Made by a program: the position numbers and the translations under genes | Assembly (NCBI GenBank): GCA_046533775.1 | Contig: JAWDOO010000008.1 | Coordinates: 1-23,575, forward strand | DNA: 23,575 bases | Direction: 5' to 3' | Origin: Candidatus Nanopusillus sp. | GTDB lineage: Archaea > Nanobdellota > Nanobdellia > Nanobdellales > Nanobdellaceae | Shown here: piece by piece, positions 18,551 through 23,575 of the stretch | Position numbering within the stretch: the first letter of the stretch is position 1 | Layout of the letters: each line of letters opens with the position of its first letter | Notes under the pieces: generated by a model | Seen by the model: the letters and a program-made list of their open reading frames with translations, nothing else | What the model was told of the DNA's origin: nothing | The model's database searches: none

Positions 18551-19867
18551 TTATTTTCTTTTGAAGGTTTTAAATGCTCTATAACTAGATGCTATAGATT
18601 TCGAAATACTTCTACTTAATTTATTAGTCAAGTATAATAATTTTTTTGGATTTCTTTTAAATTTACGTAAAGATTCAAATAATTTTTTCGTAGATTTATC
18701 TGTTTCAGATAATATTTCCTCTTTTTTTAATGGAGATATATTTTGATTTTTATCAACAGCAGCGATAATGTTACTTAAGTTTTGTATTTGTTTTATTAGA
18801 GTTTTATTATTAACTAGAGATAAAAGAGCATTATTATTAGAAATTTCTTTTAAATTATTAATTATTTTAGTTTCAGATTTCCTATTAACAGCTTCTATAA
18901 AAGTTAATAATCCATTTAAATATGCGAATGTTTTCTGACCCTTTTTGTATGTAGTATTTAATCTTACATTCAAGTCATTTAGTATATTTCTTAGTTCCAT
19001 TAAATATTTTGGTGTAAATTTATTTGTTCTAAATATTCTATTTCCAAACCTTCTTAATAAAGAATAATTGCTAAGCATATTATTTATTATTCTATTTAAC
19101 TGTTCGACTTCATTTTTAGCCTTATTATATGTATTATCAAAATTTGAAGAATAATCTTTTAATGTATCTCGAGTTAATTCTTTATTTTCAGTTTCTTTTA
19201 ATAGGTTAGATATTATATTATTTAAAGTTTCTATATTCTTTTCTATAGAATCTAATAAGCCTCTTATTTGAGGATGATTTAGTATTTTATATAATTTATC
19301 TATGTCTTTTAGAATTTTATCTGTATCTTTATCAAAATCCTTAACATCTGATATTATTCTTGAGAAAAAGCTTGGTAATCTAGGACTAATCTTGCCTAAG
19401 GTTTCTTTAAAACTTTCCAATTTAGATTTACCAATTCTAAATACTTTTATTATAAACGCAATAATTAATATTGGTATAACAAAAGGCCAAAAGAAGAATG
19501 TGAGGGGTAAAGATATTACTAAGGAGGTTATAAGCTTTTCAGATTCTGGAGCTTGACTCTTAAAAGCATTTATGAATCTTCTGGACATAAAAAATAAAGC
19601 AAAAAATGAAACTAGAATTGGTAAATTTTCTATTAGATATGGTAAAATTTTTAAAATAATTGGTTCTAGGGGACCTAAATATTGAGAAAGCGTACTAAAA
19701 TATTGAGAAAGAGTATTAGCAGTAGATTCTAATAGTTGTTTATCTATATATAATGTACCTATAGATTCATTATACCATGTATAAGCATAATTATTTGATT
19801 GTGAATAAATGTTGGTAAAGTTTAGAATAAAGATTAATATCATCAAATATTTATAATTTTTTATCAT
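18551..19867 (-). CDS. Membrane-anchored coiled-coil protein, cassette copy 2 (same architecture as 16836-18134)
   Basis: 438-aa ORF. It has a signal-like helix ending IYSQS, a short polar segment, a cluster of hydrophobic helices with an intervening PESEK loop (ISESE in copy 1), and then ~290 aa of Lys/Asn/Leu-rich helical sequence with a basic tail. Confidence 0.7.
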   Translation of the reverse strand: MIKNYKYLMILIFILNFTNIYSQSNNYAYTWYNESIGTLYIDKQLLESTANTLSQYFSTLSQYLGPLEPIILKILPYLIENLPILVSFFALFFMSRRFINAFKSQAPESEKLITSLVISLPLTFFFWPFVIPILIIAFIIKVFRIGKSKLESFKETLGKISPRLPSFFSRIISDVKDFDKDTDKILKDIDKLYKILNHPQIRGLLDSIEKNIETLNNIISNLLKETENKELTRDTLKDYSSNFDNTYNKAKNEVEQLNRIINNMLSNYSLLRRFGNRIFRTNKFTPKYLMELRNILNDLNVRLNTTYKKGQKTFAYLNGLLTFIEAVNRKSETKIINNLKEISNNNALLSLVNNKTLIKQIQNLSNIIAAVDKNQNISPLKKEEILSETDKSTKKLFESLRKFKRNPKKLLYLTNKLSRSISKSIASSYRAFKTFKRK

Positions 19868-19915
19868 AATGATCTAAAAATATTTTATACTTTATAAAGG
19901 TTGTTATAAAAAATA

Positions 19916-20671
19916 CTAATAAACAAAATTATCTGAAGATAGATGATTTAATATATTATTCCTCATTAAATTTTTTATTTCTAAAGCTTTTTCCAATGCT
20001 AAATTTAATGCATCATTTAATTCTTTATTTGAAATTTCTCCGTCCAATTGTATTAAAGTAAATTTTTTCTCTGAAGGAATTATTGCAACCGGTATATCTG
20101 TAGCTCTTCCTTCTCCATAATATTCTATATATTTAGATTTTTCAGGATCTTTTCTTAATTTTTCAGAATCATAATCTTCTTCTTCTTTGTTTAAATCTAC
20201 AACAATTTTTTCCCCAACTTTTCCAACTGCTAAACCTATTACTAGATCCTTCATTGGAATACCTGCTAAAGATAATGCCAAAGATGCAGCATTTATACTT
20301 GCAGTTCTTGTCCCAGCATCTGCATTTAATATTTCAATATATATATCTATAATACTCCCAGGAATTTCTTCTAATAATAATGCCGGTTCTAATGCTCTCT
20401 TAATTACTTCAGATATTTCTATTTCTCTTCTACCTGGTGTAGGCTTTTTCCTTTCAGGTGTAGAAAATGTTAGCATATTGTATCTAACCCTTAAGAATGC
20501 TTTATCATAATCCAAAGACATTTTTGAAGATTTTGGTCCGTATACAGCAGCTAATGCAACAGTATCTCCGAATGAAAATATTGCAGATCCTTTTGCATTA
20601 TCTACTACATTTAGTTTTATATCTATTTTTCTTAGTTCATTATATTCTCTATCATCAAATCTTTTTACCAT
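19916..20671 (-). CDS. rrp41: Exosome complex RNase PH-like subunit Rrp41
   Basis: 251-aa ORF: RKIDIKLNV..AKGSAIFSFGDTVALAAVYGP, PGRREIEISEVI, ADAGTRTASINAASLALSLAGIPMKDLV, VVDLNKEEED. It carries a ~15-aa insertion (DSEKLRKDPEKSKYIEY) relative to the usual DL..EE....GE.D.PVA spacing. Confidence 0.9.
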   Translation of the reverse strand: MVKRFDDREYNELRKIDIKLNVVDNAKGSAIFSFGDTVALAAVYGPKSSKMSLDYDKAFLRVRYNMLTFSTPERKKPTPGRREIEISEVIKRALEPALLLEEIPGSIIDIYIEILNADAGTRTASINAASLALSLAGIPMKDLVIGLAVGKVGEKIVVDLNKEEEDYDSEKLRKDPEKSKYIEYYGEGRATDIPVAIIPSEKKFTLIQLDGEISNKELNDALNLALEKALEIKNLMRNNILNHLSSDNFVY

Positions 20672-20673
20672 TT

Positions 20674-21273
20674 TTATTTATTTTCCAAAATTTCTTTAAC
20701 CTTTTCAGTTAAACCCTTCTTATATGAATTATTTATAATAAATCTAATAATATCTACTACCTTCGATACATCATTTATATTACCATTTAAATATATTCTA
20801 CCATTTTTTCCAATTATTATATCAATTTTTAAATATTCTTTAATTAAATTTAACATTGAAGAATTTTTTCCAATCAATCTTGGAATTCTTGCAGGATCTA
20901 CTTTTAATATTAATCCATCATTTAATTTTTCCTTTTTCTTAATATCTAAATCTATTAATTTATTCTTTGTAATTTTTATAATTTGACATAATATATAATC
21001 ACCATAAGTATATATATTATTCGGATCTGTTCCAACATCTTTTAAAGATAATTTTCCTACATATGGAGAATTTATATCAACTAACCATCCATTAGATAGA
21101 ACATCAATTACTTTTCCAATTACAATGTCATTTACTTCTGGCATATAATATCCAAAAAGTCTTGCAGTTTTATCTTCATTTACTAATAATATATATTTTG
21201 AATAATAATTGTTATCTCTTTCATATGAGTTAATATCTTTTTTCTTTAAATTATCTCCAGGTATTAATATCAT
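20674..21273 (-). CDS. rrp4: Exosome complex RNA-binding subunit Rrp4 (S1 + KH), short N-terminal domain
   Basis: 199-aa ORF with an S1-like segment (YMPEVNDIVIGKVIDVLSNGWLVDINSPYVGKLSL), a KH-like segment (RIPRLIGKNSSMLNLIKEYLKIDIIIGKNGRIYL) and a C-terminal GLTEKV. Confidence 0.85.
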   Translation of the reverse strand: MILIPGDNLKKKDINSYERDNNYYSKYILLVNEDKTARLFGYYMPEVNDIVIGKVIDVLSNGWLVDINSPYVGKLSLKDVGTDPNNIYTYGDYILCQIIKITKNKLIDLDIKKKEKLNDGLILKVDPARIPRLIGKNSSMLNLIKEYLKIDIIIGKNGRIYLNGNINDVSKVVDIIRFIINNSYKKGLTEKVKEILENK

Positions 21274-21274
21274 C

Positions 21275-22381
21275 TTATAGATAATATATTATATCATTTT
21301 TAAACATACTTTCTAGCATATAACTTTCCTCATTTTTATGTTTTATTTTTTCTGCTTCATTTTCTAATATTAAAAATATATCTTTTATTGTTGAATATAA
21401 ATCATATCCATGGTCATCAATAGAAAATTTACCATTATTATATATTAATTTTGCTCTAATTTGGTAATATATTTTTTTATTTACATTATCTTCATTTACC
21501 TTTTTGATATGTAATATTAATCTAATATTTTCTCCTAAAACATTTCTATATTTTTTATAAAATCTCTCATACAATTTCTTTATATAATTTATATCTATTT
21601 CATCTAAAGATATCCCATGAACAACTAAATTATATTCTTTTTCCTTTTTATATTGTAAATAATGTATTAATATATCTTTTGCAGTTATTATTCCAATTAA
21701 ATTTCCATTATCTAATATTGGCAATGAAAATACTTTATTTTCTATCATTAAATTAATTATTTTTTCTATATTATCATCTTTATTTGCAAATATTAATTTA
21801 CTATTCATTATTGATTTTATTTTTACATCAAAATCTTTCTCATTTGGTGTTCTTATATTATTACTGTTATCAGTTAACATATATTTTAGAATATCTGTTA
21901 ATGAAATTATTCCAGATACTTTATTATTTTTATCTAATACTATTAACCTTGATATACCCTTATCTTTCATTATACCGATTGCTTTCTTAATATTTTCATC
22001 TTCATATATAGTATAAGCTTCATTTATTATTTCATTTAGATTCATTTTTCCTAGAATATCTTTATCATTCAATATATCCTTTAATACATCATATATATTA
22101 ACTATCTTTATTTGCCCATTTTCTCTTACAAAAGTTACTCTAGAATTAGAATTAATTAATTTTTCTATTATATCAATTATATTATTTGTTTTTAGTGGTT
22201 TTATTTTATTTACTATTTTTTCAATTTTTGTATCTGGCCTATATAAATATCTAATTGCTTTAGAATTTTCTAAAACTCCAAAAGGTTTTCCATTATTATC
22301 TGTTACAATTATATCTTCTCCCTTTTTTATATATTCAACAATATCTCCAATTTTTTTATCCTTAGATATAAATACTGCCAT
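21275..22381 (-). CDS. Four-CBS-domain protein with a C-terminal HPF/RaiA (S30AE)-like domain
   Basis: 368-aa ORF. It has four CBS-like units, of which the last two are clearest (ISRLIVLDKNNKVSGIISLTDILKYML; VFSLPILDNGNLIGIITAKDILIHYL). Residues ~250-352 can be aligned by eye to E. coli HPF, recalled from memory (details in findings). Confidence 0.7.
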   Translation of the reverse strand: MAVFISKDKKIGDIVEYIKKGEDIIVTDNNGKPFGVLENSKAIRYLYRPDTKIEKIVNKIKPLKTNNIIDIIEKLINSNSRVTFVRENGQIKIVNIYDVLKDILNDKDILGKMNLNEIINEAYTIYEDENIKKAIGIMKDKGISRLIVLDKNNKVSGIISLTDILKYMLTDNSNNIRTPNEKDFDVKIKSIMNSKLIFANKDDNIEKIINLMIENKVFSLPILDNGNLIGIITAKDILIHYLQYKKEKEYNLVVHGISLDEIDINYIKKLYERFYKKYRNVLGENIRLILHIKKVNEDNVNKKIYYQIRAKLIYNNGKFSIDDHGYDLYSTIKDIFLILENEAEKIKHKNEESYMLESMFKNDIIYYL

Positions 22382-22418
22382 TAATCTATATAATAAAAAA
22401 TTCTTAAATGATTAATTT

Positions 22419-23060
22419 TTACTTTTTGGTATTTTCTGATAACTCCTCCATAGCTTTTAAAAATGCTGTGGGAATTTTTATTATATTACGTTTTTTCTTT
22501 GGACGTTCTTCTTTGTGATATACCCAATATATAGCTGCAAGTACAAATCCTATTACTATAAGTAATGGGAGTAAACCAGTATATATCAATTCAAGCATTA
22601 TTTCTGTTATTATATTTTGAGCGGATGCTCCAAATCCGTTAAAATCTATTGAAGATGCATATAGAAATGCAAATAGAACTGTAAGCGTTATAAATCCAAC
22701 AATAACATTATGAGAATATTGTTTATATCTCTCAAATTCTTCATCTCCTTTATATGGTTCTGATATACCAGCCATTAATGCAATGATCATTAGAATAAAA
22801 AATATAACAAGTACTTCAAAAAAGAAGAATGATATAAAGTTTGATGTAAATATAACATCAGATATATTATATAAATAATAGAATGCTATTACCATAGAAA
22901 TTATTGCATACAATTTTTCTTTATTTGGATTATCCTTTCCAAACAAACCAGTTTTTCTAAGAGATCCATATAATAATGAAAATACTAATAAAAAAGGTGC
23001 TACAAATGTAAATATGCCATATTCTGAAAACAAATTATAAATAGATGATGAGAAATCCAT
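22419..23060 (-). CDS. Small multi-pass membrane protein with a basic C-terminal tail (paralog of 23066-23569)
   Basis: 213-aa ORF with ~5 hydrophobic helices. Its C-terminal half (...LLPLLIVIGFVLAAIYWVYHKEERPKKKRNIIKIP) parallels the neighbouring ORF. Confidence 0.6.
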   Translation of the reverse strand: MDFSSSIYNLFSEYGIFTFVAPFLLVFSLLYGSLRKTGLFGKDNPNKEKLYAIISMVIAFYYLYNISDVIFTSNFISFFFFEVLVIFFILMIIALMAGISEPYKGDEEFERYKQYSHNVIVGFITLTVLFAFLYASSIDFNGFGASAQNIITEIMLELIYTGLLPLLIVIGFVLAAIYWVYHKEERPKKKRNIIKIPTAFLKAMEELSENTKK

Positions 23061-23065
23061 TTTAT

Positions 23066-23569
23066 TTAGTTAGATTTAGGTATTACATATATTTGGCCCC
23101 CACTTTTTTCTTCTTTCTTTTCCTCTTTCTTTTCTCCACCACCAGCTAACCACATTAATACTAAGAATATAAATCCAAACATAATTAATAATTCTAAAAT
23201 ACCAGATTGCATAAGATAGTTGATTGTATATGATAATAGAGATATTAGTGATGATGAAGATGAAGAGGAAGAACCAGTTATACTTAAAGAATTTATAGCT
23301 AACCACAATATTATTCCTACAACAAGGAATGCAAAAAATGCTCTTAACCATGAAGGTATCTTTTTATTTGTAATTGTTAATACAATAACTATTAAAGTAA
23401 ATCCAATTATAGCTATAGTAGCATTAGGAATAAAAGATAATAACCATCTTACTAAATTTTGATTATATATTGATAAAAGAGCAAATCCGAGAGAAAACAA
23501 TGCGTTTAATTTTCTACCTACAGTATCATCAGGACTTGTTTTTAATAAATTAGATAATTCCAATATCAT
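23066..23569 (-). CDS. Small multi-pass membrane protein with a Ser8 tract and a Lys/Glu-rich tail
   Basis: 167-aa ORF with ~4 hydrophobic helices, an internal GSSSSSSSSL tract, and the tail ...ILELLIMFGFIFLVLMWLAGGGEKKEEKKEEKSGGQIYVIP. Confidence 0.6.
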   Translation of the reverse strand: MILELSNLLKTSPDDTVGRKLNALFSLGFALLSIYNQNLVRWLLSFIPNATIAIIGFTLIVIVLTITNKKIPSWLRAFFAFLVVGIILWLAINSLSITGSSSSSSSSLISLLSYTINYLMQSGILELLIMFGFIFLVLMWLAGGGEKKEEKKEEKSGGQIYVIPKSN

Positions 23570-23575
23570 GAATAC

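Noticed and set aside
23250-23273. Ser8-coding tract considered as a phase-variable simple-sequence repeat
   Set aside because: It is encoded by mixed Ser codons (tct tcc tct tca tct tca tca tca) rather than a homopolymer or a perfect short tandem repeat, so slipped-strand switching is unlikely.

Overview
This is a very AT-rich archaeal window (coding regions look about 20-25% GC by eye). It contains two sharply GC-rich islands. One is a 23S rRNA gene (+, ~460-3372). The other is an unlinked, convergently oriented 16S rRNA gene (-, ~9322-10815). Each has its own long flanking processing stem. Several features point to a thermophilic, genome-reduced DPANN/Nanoarchaeota-like organism, which is an inference only: the GC contrast, the archaeal gene set (ArcTGT, exosome Rrp4/Rrp41, eL33, eL41, uS19, archaeal-type ProRS, FlaI-like ATPase), single scattered ribosomal-protein genes, short or split-looking ArcTGT and Lhr genes, and an aberrant 16S 530 loop. 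I saw no tRNA, 5S rRNA, CRISPR array, transposase or integrase. The observations most worth follow-up are: (1) a chimeric scar at 18230-18399 that joins a copy of the rrp41 3' end to a copy of an internal lhr segment, and sits between two divergent membrane-anchored coiled-coil genes, with the topology of a tandem-duplication or circular-insertion junction at a variable cassette locus; (2) a 4xCBS protein with a C-terminal HPF/RaiA-like domain, tightly packed with rrp4-rrp41; (3) a HIT-like protein with a degenerate histidine triad, followed by a large fused nucleotidyltransferase-HEPN protein, eL33 and an Lhr-type phosphoesterase; (4) a cysteine-free ArcTGT lacking the Zn motif and C-terminal domains; (5) a 16S 3' end without CCUCC; (6) an eL41 gene missing from the ORF track, next to a perfect 16-bp palindrome upstream of 16S; (7) a pilin-less type IV filament module with a two-gene platform. 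All coordinates for motifs and repeats were read by eye. rRNA ends are approximate (+/-15 nt).
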